A DNA stretch of 63,790 nt, filler included, from Basidiobolus ranarum (GCA_040143965.1; 38 parts of 38 records of this genome joined end to end with filler, not necessarily neighbours in it); one strand, 5' to 3'; numbered from the whole stretch's first letter, positions 12,070 through 25,200 are shown. Translations and numbers: made by a program. The notes: generated by a model from the letters alone, not told the origin.

Positions 12070-13406
12070 TTATGATGTTTTGCCTGCAATTCCCTTGTTG
12101 TAATAATTCTATCCAAATTTTCTACAGATCATGGTCCAATAGTGAGCATAGTAGCCATTTGGGAAGTTGATGGTCTTGACGGTGTTTTGGTTGAACTTTG
12201 CTCAACTATTAATTTACAATATAATTGGGGGATTACAATCTCTTCACTTGCACTATTGCTGGACAGGAACACATCTGGTAAATTGATTAATGCTTCATCA
12301 TTACTTGAGTTAGTTGCTGGCATGTTAATGCCTTGTAAAGTGGATAGTGGATCACTAGACTGCTCATCAATTAAGTCCTCTGTTCTTGCTGTTTTTTTCC
12401 TTTTGTGCCAGCAGGCTTTGGCTTGGAACCAATTTTGATTTAGATTTTGAATGCTTCTTGAATGGCATTGAAATTTTCAGATGGTAAACCTGGTGTAAAG
12501 AAATTACTTAGAAACAGCTAATACCAAACCAAAATTGCCATCCACTATTGGAAATATTTTGTAGATCCCCTGACAATTTATCTGTGACACTCTCTTAGAA
12601 TCAGCTGATGCTATTGATGGACTATATATAAAGTACTACCTTTACATAGGAGGTGTTTTTTTTTCTACAATATCCTTCACATGCCACAACACAATCATTA
12701 AAAACAGCCCTCCTGTTATTGTCACAAATTCTTGGGCTATGAAAGCCTGAGGCTTCAGAGATAAGATAATTGCATGCACAGTCACTGTACAAAGCTACCA
12801 GATGCACAAAGCCTGGCATATATCAACTGTAATAGATGTACTAAATCAACATAAGTTTTGCCCATTGAGTCCACTGACTGCACTTTACCTCAAAGTTTTG
12901 GTAACACTGCCAAAAGTCAAGATACTGTGGAGTTACCACAATTATATGCCCTGAATGATGTATGTAAAAATGCAACTTTGGTAGAACCAGAAGTCTAGAC
13001 AACTTTGAGGACTTGCTGCTAGCTGTCAACCTTGGTTATTCCAGTACCAATGGTAGTATATCAGAAGTCAAAGAAGAAGACAATGGTTTTGTTATGGACT
13101 CTTTGATATAGGCAAATATTAGTCCACTTATAATACTTACTATAAAGTAAGCAGCTTTGATTATTGAAGAATGGGGAGTTCAATCTAATCTCAGCAACCA
13201 GGTGTTTATTGGTTTTCTTACACTTTTACCACAGTTGATTGGCAACTGGTGCTTGCCACAGACCTGGTACAAGTGGAAAACACTTGTCAATTGTATGACT
13301 TATAATCCTTCAGTGATTAAACTACCTTCATGTCCAAATGGTTGTTTGGCTTTCACCAGTGATCTGAAAAACCTGAAGTCATGTACTGTTTGCACACAAT
13401 TGGCAA
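12070..13406. mobile_element. Decayed CACTA/CMC-type DNA transposon, central region: ORF B on minus (ATG 12468) and transposase N-term on plus (ATG 12681)
   Basis: Homologous to contigs at 15193, 21933, 25301, 28817, 45466 and 55640; CPNGCLAF...CTVC motif typical of the Tnp2-type transposase N-region. Confidence 0.8.
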
Positions 13407-13506
13407 NNNNNNNNNNNNNNNNNNNNNNNNNNNNNNNNNNNNNNNNNNNNTTAATTAATTAANNNNNNNNNNNNNNNNNNNNNNNNNNNNNNNNNNNNNN
13501 NNNNNN

Positions 13507-15043
13507 GTTAGTTTGCTTACATCCTGACAAAACTATAAATGTCAACTGAATACTCAATAAATTAACAAGTGAAAACCACCAATTCCTCTAATTCTCCAAA
13601 CCACATCCAAAAGGCTCCCAAATCCTTTAATAGGTTATGAGTCCCAAGCTTGCACTCTCTGTAATGTCTACTTCTCAATTTTATGGAACCTTTCCCTCTT
13701 CTGAAAAATTGAATGGTATCAATTAACAAGTTTGAAAAATTAAAATGAAAATGCTGCTGCAAGAAAAAGGACTTTGGTACACTGTTGTAGGAGAAGAAAA
13801 CAATGCAAAACTAACAGAAACCAAAGTTTTACTACAAGTTAAAAAAGAACAAAGTGCTTTTAACACAATTTGTCTTAATGTTAAAGACAAATTGCCAATT
13901 CAATGTTCAAGAGCTAAAACTGCCAAGAAGGTATGGAAAGCCTTGGAAGACATCTACCAAGCATGTTCTGCTGCCTACAAAATATTTCTAAGAAGACAAT
14001 TGTTTAACTTAAAGATGAAGACAGGAGAAGACATTAAATCACTAATTGATAAAATAACTATTTAGTGAATGAAATGGAATGTATTGGAGTATGTACCACT
14101 GATCAAGATATCATAGTTACAGTCCTGAATAGCCTGCCACACAAGTTTCAGAGCCTAGTAATGGCTCTAGAATCAAGAATTAAAATTTTTACCTAAACTT
14201 ATGTATTTGGCATACTTCTGGATGAAGATTTACACAAATCAGGACTCAACCAAAAGAATGAGGAAAATGCTTTAATAGGATACGAGAAACCTTCCTATAA
14301 AGGTCTACAGCAATTTAATAACAAAAGTAACACATTCTGTGATTACTGTAAAAGAACTGGCTATTTAAGCAAAGATTGCTTTAAAAGAATTGTAAAAGAA
14401 GAAAAACATACTGAATCTGGAAAAGTGGTTGCAACAGAAGATCACTTGTTCATATCTGTGCTATCTATGACTACCAACAAGGATTCTCAGATGCAGTATA
14501 TCGATTCTGGAGCTTCCTAACATTTCACAAATGAAAAACATTGGTGTGTGGAATATGAAGATATCCCTATTACAAAGGTTTTCATGGGAGATGATCACAC
14601 ATTGGATGCTATTGGAATGGGAACAATTTAAGTCAATTTAACTGGAGCTTCTGAAGAGAAAGCTTATACCTTTACTGATAAAAATGGGAAGTTTTTAGCT
14701 TTAGGAGAAAAGGATCAAAACTTATACAAACTTACATGGAATTTAACCCCTCAACCAAAATGGAAATTCATGAGGGTAGTATATATGGAAAACAAGCCAG
14801 GCAACCATTCAAGAGCCCTGGTTTAAACAAATCTATCAAAAAATTGGATATAGTTCTTTCTGATTTAGGTGGACCTATGCAAAATTTATCTTTAGGCCAA
14901 AAAAGATATTTAATCACATTAATTGGTGATTATACAAAATACTCTTGGGTTAACTTTATGGAAAGAATACAAGAAGCTCTCTCTATCTTCAGAGATTTTA
15001 AAACACTTGTGAAGACTGATACTAGAACTAAAATGAAGAATAT
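13507..15043 (+). mobile_element. Copia family B 5' part: LTR end (13632), PBS, gag (ATG 13664), Zn knuckle, protease, integrase start; LTR A inserted at 15044
   Basis: MKMLLQEKGLW, CDYCKRTGYLSKDC, YIDSGAS, SDLGGPMQ; many stops and frameshifts. Confidence 0.92.
13633..13645 (+). promoter_or_regulatory. Primer-binding site complementary to the anticodon stem-loop of initiator tRNA-Met (half-tRNA priming)
   Basis: GGTTATGAGTCCC directly after the LTR end; variants GGTTGTGAGCCCC (minus, from 21445 down) and GGATATGACCCC (48118); consensus GGTTATGAGCCC is the reverse complement of GGGCTCATAACC. Confidence 0.8.
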
Positions 15044-15192
15044 TGTTGAAGTGTATTGTCTTTATCATATTTGTTATCTCTATCTTTATACANNNNNNNN
15101 NNNNNNNNNNNNNNNNNNNNNNNNNNNNNNNNNNNNTTAATTAATTAANNNNNNNNNNNNNNNNNNNNNNNNNNNNNNNNNNNNNNNNNNNN

Positions 15193-16182
15193 TCAATACT
15201 GGAATAACCAAGGTCAACATCTAGCAGCAAGTCCTCAAAGTTGTCTGGACTTACTGGTTTGACCAAAGTTGCATTTTGACCTACATCATTCTGGTTATAT
15301 AACTGTGGTAACTCCATGGTATCTTGACTTTTGGCTGTGTTACCAAAACTTTGAGGCAAACTACAATCAGTGGACTTAATGGGCAAAATAAAAGTCAATT
15401 TAGTGCACTTATTACTGCTGTTATACACCAGGCTTTGTGCAGCTGGTGGCTTTGTACAATGACTGTGCTTGTGGATGTTTATTCTATGGAGCGTCTGGCT
15501 TTCATAGCTCAAGAACTTGTGACAATAATAGCAGGGCTTCTTTAAACGTTTGTGTTGTGGCATGAGAAGAATATTGTAGAAAAAAGAACACCTCCCTCAT
15601 AAGGGTGCTATTTTAGTTATAGCCCATTAATATCATCAGCTGATTCTGAGACAGTGTCACAGATGAATTGTCAGGGGATTTCCAAGATATTTCCGGCAAT
15701 GGATGGCAATTTTGGTTTATTTCATGCTGTTTCTAAGCAATTTCATTACACTAAGTTTACCATTTGAAAATTTCAAAGCAATTCAGAAAGTGTTCAAAAT
15801 CTAAATCAAAACTGGCATCCAAGCCAAAGCCTGCTGGTACAAAAGGAAAAAAACCAGCAAGAACAGAGGACTTAATTGATGAACAGTCTAGCAATCCACC
15901 ATCCACTGTGGAAGGCATTAACATGCCGGAAACTAACTCAAGTAATGATGAAGCATTAATCAACTTACCACATGTGTTCCTTTCCAGTGATAGTGCAAGT
16001 GAAGAGATTATGATACCCCAATTACATAGTAAATCAATAGTTGAGCAAAGTTTGACCAAAACACTTTCAAGACCATCAACTTCCAAAATGGCTACTTTGC
16101 CCAATATTGAACAACCCTCCATAGAAAATTTGGATAGAATTATTACAACAAGAGAATCAAAGGCAAAACACTGTATTGATTT
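15193..16182. mobile_element. CACTA/CMC element: transposase N-term (minus, ATG 15563, C2H2-like CYYC...H...H) and divergent ORF B (plus)
   Basis: MPQHKRLKKPCYYCHKFLSYESQTLHRINIH; SKSKSKLASKPKPAGTKGKKP. Confidence 0.8.
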
Positions 16183-16778
16183 CATTAACAGAAATTTGAG
16201 GATTGTTATTGTTGGAAAACTGTCAAAATTTTAATCCATTTGGGATTGCCCACTTACTGTCATAAAATTGTCAAGTTAGGTTTTATTTTAATCATTTTTT
16301 TCAGTTTCAGGAGTGAAATTTCAAGATCTCACAAAATAATTGTGCATGATTGGCTACAATCTCAGTGAACTATGGATCAACACATGTGCAAAAAACATAA
16401 CTGAAATTTTATATAATTACCACCTGAATGCTAATTTGTCACCTTCAAAATCCCTAGTATTTTTGATATATTCTCCTGAATATTTTTATAGAGTTTTTCA
16501 TACCCAAGGTTTAGCTCATACCTAACATGAGTTTGTATCAATATCTTCATTGTAGCCTACCATTGTATTAACATTTCTGAATCAACATTCTTCCAGCTAT
16601 TGGGTGGATACCCTGCAATATTGTGCCACTCAGTATTAAGTTCTTCCCAGATATCAGCACAGTCAACACCAGACTGAATGTCAAGTTGAATGTTCTTCTT
16701 CTGAAGCCACTTTCTGCATACTTGCATTGCATTTTTCCCTTCATACTTTTGAAAATACTCCTCAAGCACTTTGACTAT
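16183..16778 (+). mobile_element. DNA-element terminus family C (consensus CCCTAACAGAAATTTGAGG) plus interior sequence
   Basis: Same terminus at 28816(-), 32365(-), 53423(+) and 63557(+), each joined to a different host sequence. Confidence 0.65.
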
Positions 16779-16878
16779 NNNNNNNNNNNNNNNNNNNNNN
16801 NNNNNNNNNNNNNNNNNNNNNNTTAATTAATTAANNNNNNNNNNNNNNNNNNNNNNNNNNNNNNNNNNNNNNNNNNNN

Positions 16879-18463
16879 AGATATACCTATTTAGAATATA
16901 GGGGCTATAGATATGTTGCTTTCTGTTTCTGATATATGTATCATAACTAAAGTTAACTATGATCTTGAATAAAGATTAATTATCCAACAGTTTAGGCAAT
17001 GCTAATTTCAACATGAAGACATATGCATATTGTTAGAGTATTTGGGAGCTTGTTAGAAGTGGTTTGGAGTATTAGAGAAATTGGTGGTTTTTTTCTGATT
17101 GATTTATTGAGTATTCAGTAGCCATTTATAGTTTTGTCAAAATGTAAGCAAACTACTGCATAGAATGTTTTATAAAAGGTCCCAGAAACATTTGTGCAAA
17201 GTTTGGGGTTTCTATCATAAGTTTGAAAAATCTATATATTTGAGAACTTCTAAGTTGGTAAAAATATTCCAAGTGAACTCCAATTGAGAACAATGGGTAA
17301 TATTGTTGCAAGATATAAGATAACTAAATACTGAGCTATATATGTCTCTATATGTGCTTAGGTAATGCCAATTTCAATGCTCTCCCTCAACCAAATAGTC
17401 ATATAAACTAATCCCAAGTAAAGTCTAAATTTCTCCAATTTCTGTCTAGCTAATGGTTTGGTTGTTATATCAGCAAGCATATCTTAGATCAAACAACAAG
17501 TTAAATAAATAAGCTAATCCTCTATAGTCTGTCTAACAAAATGAAGCCTATTATCTCTATGCTTACATCTAGCATGAAATATGGGATTTCTAACTAATTT
17601 GATACAACTTTAATGTCTTCAAATATTGTAGTTGGCAAATTTTGAGAATAGTCTAAATCTGTTAAGAGTCTGCTTAACTATATTGTTTCTTTTGTTCCTT
17701 CACCGGCAGCCATGTATTCTGCTTCTATTGTTGAAAGTGTTAAGATAGGTTATATCTTTGAATTCCAAGAAATAGCTTTATTACATCAAAGAAAAAAGCA
17801 TCCTATTGTAGATAATATATCTTCAATATCTCTTCTCCAATTTGTATCTGAATAAAGTCACTGTTTTGGCCGCACTCTCTATCTTATTATGAATATGTCA
17901 GTTTACCAGGATCAGTGATTTGAATTTGGGAGATAGCTGGATGTGATTTTCTCCAAAGTTTTCAAGTCATTGGTTGCTATAATAAGGCTATCTACATATA
18001 AGGCTAATAAGGCTGGGTTTGTCTTATCTGGCATGCAGTAGATACTATAATCAGCATTACTCTTTTGAACTTGAGTCTTGCCAAAAAAGTGTATATTTTG
18101 CTATTCCCAGCTCTTAAAGATTATTTTAAGCCATAGAGTGTTTACTAAAGTCTGCAAGCTTTTTAGGGTTCTCTAGGTCCACAAATCTCTCTGCCTGGTT
18201 CATATAGATCTTCTCAGCAAGCTCACCATTTCAAATAGCTGCTTTAACAACCATTTGACGCCTAATAAGCTGGTATTTAGCTGAAATTACTAAAATCAAT
18301 TCAATTGAATCAAACTCTCTAACAGGAGCAAAAGTTTATGTATAATCTATTCCTAGTGGTTGAGAATAGCTTTTGGCTACTAGCCTAGCCTTGCATCTCT
18401 CCATTTTGCCATCAGAGTTGTATTTAACTTTAAACACTCCTCAGCATCCAATTGATTTTCAGT
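16879..18463 (-). mobile_element. LTR D end (to 16989) nested in LTR B, then Copia B 3' LTR (17031-17379) and decayed RT/RNase H
   Basis: Homology to 42110-43687 and 21070-21384. Confidence 0.88.
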
Positions 18464-18563
18464 NNNNNNNNNNNNNNNNNNNNNNNNNNNNNNNNNNNNN
18501 NNNNNNNTTAATTAATTAANNNNNNNNNNNNNNNNNNNNNNNNNNNNNNNNNNNNNNNNNNNN

Positions 18564-20148
18564 ACTGAATCAGGTAAATATTGTTCATATTTGGCTTACA
18601 TACCATTGATTCCTCATCTTAAAGCTTTGATGAAATCACCCAAATATAGATCATTGATCCAATACCAAAGTACTAACCATAAAGCTGATTGTATTACCAA
18701 TATACTTGATGGATATCACCACCAGAATCTTAGATGTCAAGGTTTCTTTGAGAACACATATGATCATGCATTTGCTTTGGCTCTGGATGGTTTCTTGCTA
18801 AACATATATACCATTGGAACGGCTTGCTGGCCAATATTTTAAATTAACATATATCTTCCTCCTTCTGGATGGCATAAGAATCATAATGGTATGATACTAT
18901 CCATCATATCTGGACCTAAATCACAAGTGTTTATAGATGGCTTTTTGGAGCATTTGCTTGCAGAATTTGAATGGTTATCTAGTGGGGTTAAGATGGGTGA
19001 ATATTTTATTAAAGCTAATAAAATTGTATATATTGGTGACACTCCTGCCATCAGTAAACTTGGAGGTTTTTGCAGGCACAATGCACTATCTTGCAGTAAA
19101 TTTTGTCAAATCAATGGAATCTACTAAATCAGGCATACACATTACTACTATTTAATCACAAAACTAAACTTCATGATTTTACCATCAAGAGCCTGGTCAG
19201 ATTTCCACATGATCACTGATATCAATTCACCAAATAGTTAGTCTAATATCAAACTTAGTACAAGTCATAACCCTAAGATTATATTGCCAAAGGAGATCAG
19301 CTGGAGCCTGAGCTTCCCATTAGGCACTATTCACTTACTATTGAACAACATTCCAATACTACTTACTCAGCTATATAGTGGAAAATTCAATATGAATGAG
19401 CCAGTTGGGATAGGATCAAAGTTTGAAATGATTAGGAAAATGCTTGAAAATGTCAGCCTACCATCATATTTTGCCAGGATTCCCATCAATATCCACTCAT
19501 CTAGGCATTTACTCAAATGCAAAGACTGGAAGTGTTGGATTTGTATATAGTCAAGTAGAATCTTGAAAAGATTTCTGCCTGATAAGTATTGGCTACATTG
19601 GATGTTGTTTGTTAATGTTGTTAATATATTCTTATGGCATCAACTCACATGGGCAGATTTCAGGCAGATATGGTGACTGTGCAAAGAATTGTAATTGGAT
19701 ATGAAAACATTATTATAGATTTATAGAAGATAGACTGAATTTATGCTGGTATTCAATACATTCCCTATTGAATCTTTCCCAATGCTTAGAGATTATAGGC
19801 CCTTGCTATACATTCTAGGGGTTCCCAATGGAGTGCACCTGCAGTGAAATGATGCTATGTGTGAAATCATCAGTATTACCATATGCTAATCTGATTTTTA
19901 ATGTATCAGCAATATCAGTGATGGATGTAATGTGATGGGTTAAGGAGACTCCAGAGTATATTAACCTGCCAACAAAGGGCTCTTTTCAATGTGCTCATGG
20001 GTTTTCACATTGTTTGAGCACAATAACAGCAACAAAGCCCAATCCATGGACACAGAGTAAGTACCTTTATAATCGGACTAATTTGCTTGTGTGATAATCT
20101 GACGGTATTTTTAGGAAAGCTGCAAGACAGACTTCTTGGTGAGATAGA
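18564..20148 (+). mobile_element. Decayed CACTA/CMC (Tnp2/Transposase_21-like) transposase core and C-term, with intron 20057-20114
   Basis: FALALDGF, CWPI, SIISGPKS, GDTPAISKLGGF.RHNA...C..C, FPMEC/ER; GTAAGT...CTGAC...TTTTTAG intron. Confidence 0.85.
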
Positions 20149-20248
20149 NNNNNNNNNNNNNNNNNNNNNNNNNNNNNNNNNNNNNNNNNNNNTTAATTAA
20201 TTAANNNNNNNNNNNNNNNNNNNNNNNNNNNNNNNNNNNNNNNNNNNN

Positions 20249-21793
20249 ACATATATCAGAAACAGAAAGCAACGTATCTATAGCCCCTATATTCTAAATA
20301 GGAATATCTCTATATCTATATAACAAGTATGTCTTATTACCCCCACATATCTATTATATGTTATTACACAAACTCCTGAATATCTCAAACAATTGATTTA
20401 CTTCTCTACTATATAAGTCACCATGTACTCTAAGAATAAAGTAACTAAAACACACAATCATAAGTTGCTTCTAATACACAAAGTCTACCCCCATTATGTT
20501 AAGATAGGTTGAGTCTTGATTTGCATAAATCTTTATCCAGAAGTCTGCTAAATACAAAATTTAAGGTCAAATTTTGAATTCTTGGTTCTAGAGCCATTAT
20601 TAGGCTCCGAAACTTGTGTGGCAGGCTATTTGGGACTGTACCTATGATATTGTGATTGGTAGTAGGTATCCCAATGCATTCCATTTTGTCCACTGAAATA
20701 GTGACTCTATTATTTAGTGATTTAATGACTTCCCCCAGCTTCATATTTGAGTTAAAGAATTACCTTCTTAGAAGCACCTTGTTAGCAGCAGAACTTGTTT
20801 GGTAGGTGTCTTCCAAGGCTTTCCATATGTTCTTGGCAGTTTTAGCACTTGAACATTGAATTTGCAATTTGTCTTTAGCTTTAAGACAAATTGTGTTAGA
20901 AGCACTTTGTTCTTTTCTAACCTGGAGTAAACTTTGATTTCAGAAAGTTTTGCATTGCTTTCTTCTCCTACAACAGTGTCCCAAAGTCCTTTTTCTTGCA
21001 GCAGCATTTTCATTTTGGTATTGCAAACTTGATAATTGGTTCCATCCAATTTTTCAGAAGAGGGAAAAGTATTGGAGGATCTTGACATAATGGGGGTAGA
21101 CTTTTGGTATTAGAAGCAACTTGTGAAAGTGTGTTTTAGTAAAATTATTCTTAAAAGTATATGGTGACTTAAATGGTAGATTAATAAATCAATTGTTTGA
21201 GATATTCAGGAGTTTATAAATAAGATACAGTAGATAAGTGGGGCAAATAAGACATACTTGTTACAAAGATATAGAGATATTCTGGTTTTGAATATGGGGC
21301 TATAGATATGTTGCTTTCTGCTTCTGATATATATCTCATATCTAAAGTTAACTATGATGTTGAATAAAGATTAATTATCCAACAAAAAGTTCCATAAATT
21401 TGAGAAGTAGACATTACAGAGATTGCAAGCTTGGGGCTCACAACCTGTTAAAGTATTTGGGAGCCTGTTCAAAGTGGCTTGGAGAATTAGAGAAATAGGT
21501 GGTTTTCACTTGTTGATTTATTGAGTAGAAAGTTGACATTTATAGTTTTGTCAAGATGTGAGCAAACCAACATGTAGAATTTGTTGAGGAAGGTCCCTGG
21601 AACATATGTGTAAAGTTTGGGGCTTCTAGCACAAGCTTGAAACATCTATATATCTGAGAAATTGAAAGTTGGTAAAAATATTGTAAGCAAATTCCTATTG
21701 AAAAAAATGGAAAATATCTTAGTGAAACATAAGATAACTAAGTACCAAGCTATATATGACTATATAGGTGTTTTGGCAATGCCAATTTCAACA
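20249..21793 (-). mobile_element. Partial LTR D (20249-~20500); Copia B gag with 5' LTR (21446-21793) and PBS
   Basis: gag EKLDGTNYQV...MKMLLQEKGLW; LTR TGTTGAAATTGG...TTTAACA followed by the PBS. Confidence 0.88.
21070..21384 (+). mobile_element. Complete solo LTR family D (315 bp) with AAAAG target-site duplication, inserted in the Copia B gag start
   Basis: TATTGG...AATAAA...CCAACA flanked by AAAAG at 21065-21069 and 21385-21389; empty site visible near 13664-13700. Confidence 0.9.
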
Positions 21794-21932
21794 GATGTAT
21801 ATCATTGCTTTTGTAGCAAAGTTTAATTCAATNNNNNNNNNNNNNNNNNNNNNNNNNNNNNNNNNNNNNNNNNNNNTTAATTAATTAANNNNNNNNNNNN
21901 NNNNNNNNNNNNNNNNNNNNNNNNNNNNNNNN

Positions 21933-23440
21933 TAGTAATAATGCATATACCTGATAGAGTAAACTTCATTGATTTGACAAAATCTACAGCAAGATAGTGC
22001 ATTGTGCCCACAAAAACCTGCATGTTTACTGATGGCAGAAGTGTCAGCAATACATACAATGATATCAGCTTTAATAAAATATTCACCCATCTGAACCCCA
22101 TTAGATAACCATTCAAATTCCACAATCAAAGGCTCCAAGAAGCTATCTATAAGCACTGCTGATTTAGGTCTAGATATGATGGATAGTATCAAGATATTAT
22201 GACTCTTATACCATTCAGAAGGAGGAAGATTTAAGTTGATTAAAATTATTGGCCAGCAAGCCTTTCCAACAGGATATTTGTAGAGTCAGAAACCATACAG
22301 ATCCAATGCAAACACATGATCATACATGTTCTCAAAGGAAACCTTGACTTTTCAGATTCTGGTAGTGATGTCCATCAATTATATTAGTAATACCAGCAGC
22401 TTTATGGTGAGTACTTTGGTATTGGATCAATGATCTATATTTGGGTGATTTCATCCAAACTTTAAGACAAGGAATCAATTATATGAAAGCCAAAAACAAA
22501 CAATATTTACCTGATTTAGGGATTAGCAATTGTATACAAACAGTACATGACTTCAGGTTTTCAGATCACCAGTGCAAGGCAACAACCATTTGGACATGAA
22601 CATAGTTTAATTACTGCAGGTTTATAAATCATATAATTGACAAGTGATTTCCACTTGTACCAGGTCTGAGGTAAGCAACAGTTGCCAATTAACTGTGGTA
22701 AAAGTGTAAGAAAACTAATAAACACCTGGTTGCTAAGATTGGATTGAACTCTCCACTCCTCAATATTCTAAGCTGCTTCCTTTACAGTAAGTGTTATGAG
22801 TGGACTAATCTTTGCAGATAACAAAGAGTTCATAACAAAAACATTGTCATCTTCTTCAACTTCTAATATACTACCATTGGTACTGGAGTAACTGTGGTTA
22901 ACATCTAGCAGCAAGTCCTCAAAGTTGTCTGGACTTACTGTTTCTACCAAAGTTGTATTTTGACTTACATCATTCTGGTCATATAAGTGTGGTAACTACA
23001 TGGTATCTTGACTTTTGGCAGTTTTACCAAAACTTTGAGGCAAAGTACAGTCAGTGGACTCAATGGGCAAAACTCAAGTCAATTTAGTGCACTTGTTACA
23101 GTTGTTATACACCAGGCTTTGAGCAGCTGGTGGAGTATACAGTGACCATGCTTGTTGTCATTTTTTCTTTGATGCCTCTGGCTTACATAGCTCAAGAATT
23201 GGTGACAATAATAGAAGGGCTTCTTTAAACATTTGTATAGCAGCATGAGAAGGATATTATAGAAAAAAGAGCACCTCCCACATAAGGGTGGTATTTTAGG
23301 TATAGCCCATCAATATCATCAGCTGATTTTGAGACAGTGTCACAGATGAGCCATTGGGGGATTTACAAGATATTTTTGGTAATGGATGGCAATTTGGGTT
23401 TATTATAAGCTGTTTATAAGCAATTTTATTACACCAAGTT
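21933..23440 (-). mobile_element. Decayed CACTA/CMC transposase (ATG 23246), followed by an LTR A end at 23441
   Basis: LINLNLPPSEWYKSHN, DSFLEPLIVEF, GFCGHNALSCCRFC. Confidence 0.85.
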
Positions 23441-23616
23441 TATTGGGAAAATATGGGCTGTTTGGAGGAACTTTAGAAAAGTGGAGTTGTGAATAGCTTT
23501 GTGAGATTTGACTAAANNNNNNNNNNNNNNNNNNNNNNNNNNNNNNNNNNNNNNNNNNNNTTAATTAATTAANNNNNNNNNNNNNNNNNNNNNNNNNNNN
23601 NNNNNNNNNNNNNNNN

Positions 23617-25200
23617 TGCATAGGTCCACACAAGTCTGAATGAATAAGATCCAATTTTTGATAGATTTGATTAATGCAGAGCTCTTGAATGGTTGCCTGG
23701 CTTGTTTTCCATATATTCAACCCTCACAAATTCCCATTCTGGTTAGTGGTTAATTTGAATTACAGAAACTAGGCAATGTTTGATCATTTTGCCCATATTA
23801 TCAAATTCAATATAGCCAAATCTCTTATGCTATAATTGAAAAGTTTCTTGATTGAAGTAACTTCTATTTAGACATAAACCTCTTTTATTATATGTAAGTT
23901 TGTATAGGTTTTCATCCTTTTCTCCTAAAGCTAAATAATTCCCATTTTGAGCAGTGATGGTACATCCAGACTTATTAAAATTGAATTTAGCCCATCTGAG
24001 GTGGCCTTGCATATTGATATTAATTTCTCGGCAATATCTGGAACATGTAGTATATTCTCAAAAGTTTACTCATTCTCTTCAGAAGCTCCAGTTAAATTGC
24101 CTTGATCTGTTCCCATTCCAATAGCATCCAATGTGCAGTCATCTCCCATGAAAACCTTTCTAATTGGGATTTCTTCATGATCAACAAACCAATTTTTTTC
24201 ATTTGTGAGATGTTGTGAGGTTCTAGAATGAATATACCACATCTGGGTATCCTTGTTGATAGTCATAGATGGAGCAGATATGAACAAGTGAACTTCTGTT
24301 ATAATCACATTTCAAGATTTAGTATATTTTACTTCTTTTGCAATTCTTTAGAAGCAATCTTTGCTTAGATGGCCAGTTCCTTTACAGTTATCACAGAATG
24401 TGTTTTTTTTTTCTTGAAGTGTTTTTGACCTTTGTAGGAAGGTTTCCCATAGCCTATTAAAGCATTTTCTTCATTCTTTTGGTTGGATCCCAATTTTTGT
24501 AGAACTTCATCCAGAAGTCTGCCAAATACATAATTTAAGGTCAAATTTTCCATTCTTGATTATTGAGCCATTACTAGGCTCTGAAACTTGTATGGCAGAC
24601 TATTCTGGACTATAACCATGATATCTTAATCAATAGTAGGTACTCCAATGCATTACATTTCATTGACTAAAATGGTGACTTTGTTAATATATGATTTAAT
24701 GTCTTCTCCTGGCTTTGACTTTTAGATAAAGAATTGTGTTCTTAGAAACATCTTGTTGGCAGCGGAAATTGTTTGGTAGGTATCTTCCATGGCTTTCCAT
24801 ACCTTCTTGGCAGTCTTAGCTCTTGAACATTGAATTAGCAATATGTCTTTAACATTAAGATAAATTGTGTTAAAGGTGCTTCAGTATTTGGGAGGCTGTT
24901 GGGAGTGGTTTGGAGAATTAGAGGAATTGGTGATTTTCACTTATTGATTTATTGAGTAGAAAGTCAACATTTATAGTTTTGTCAAGATGTAAACAAATTA
25001 ACAAGTAGAATATATTAAGGAAGGTCCCAGGAACATGTGTGCAAAGTGTGGGGCTTCTAGCACAAGTTTGAAAAATCTATATATCTGAAAACTTCCAAGT
25101 GGGTAAAAATATTCTAAGTAAATTCCAATTGAAAATAATTGATAATAGCTCAGTGAGATATAAGATAACTAAGTACTAAGTTATATATGACTATATAGGT
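23617..25200 (-). mobile_element. Copia B gag-protease-integrase start with LTR B (~24880-25200)
   Basis: Homologous to 13664-15043; IHSDLCGPM at the contig edge. Confidence 0.88.

Noticed and set aside
20768-21088. Apparent gag ORF with a novel start MSRSSNT
   Set aside because: The ATG comes from the inserted LTR D fused to decayed gag; the frame breaks soon after
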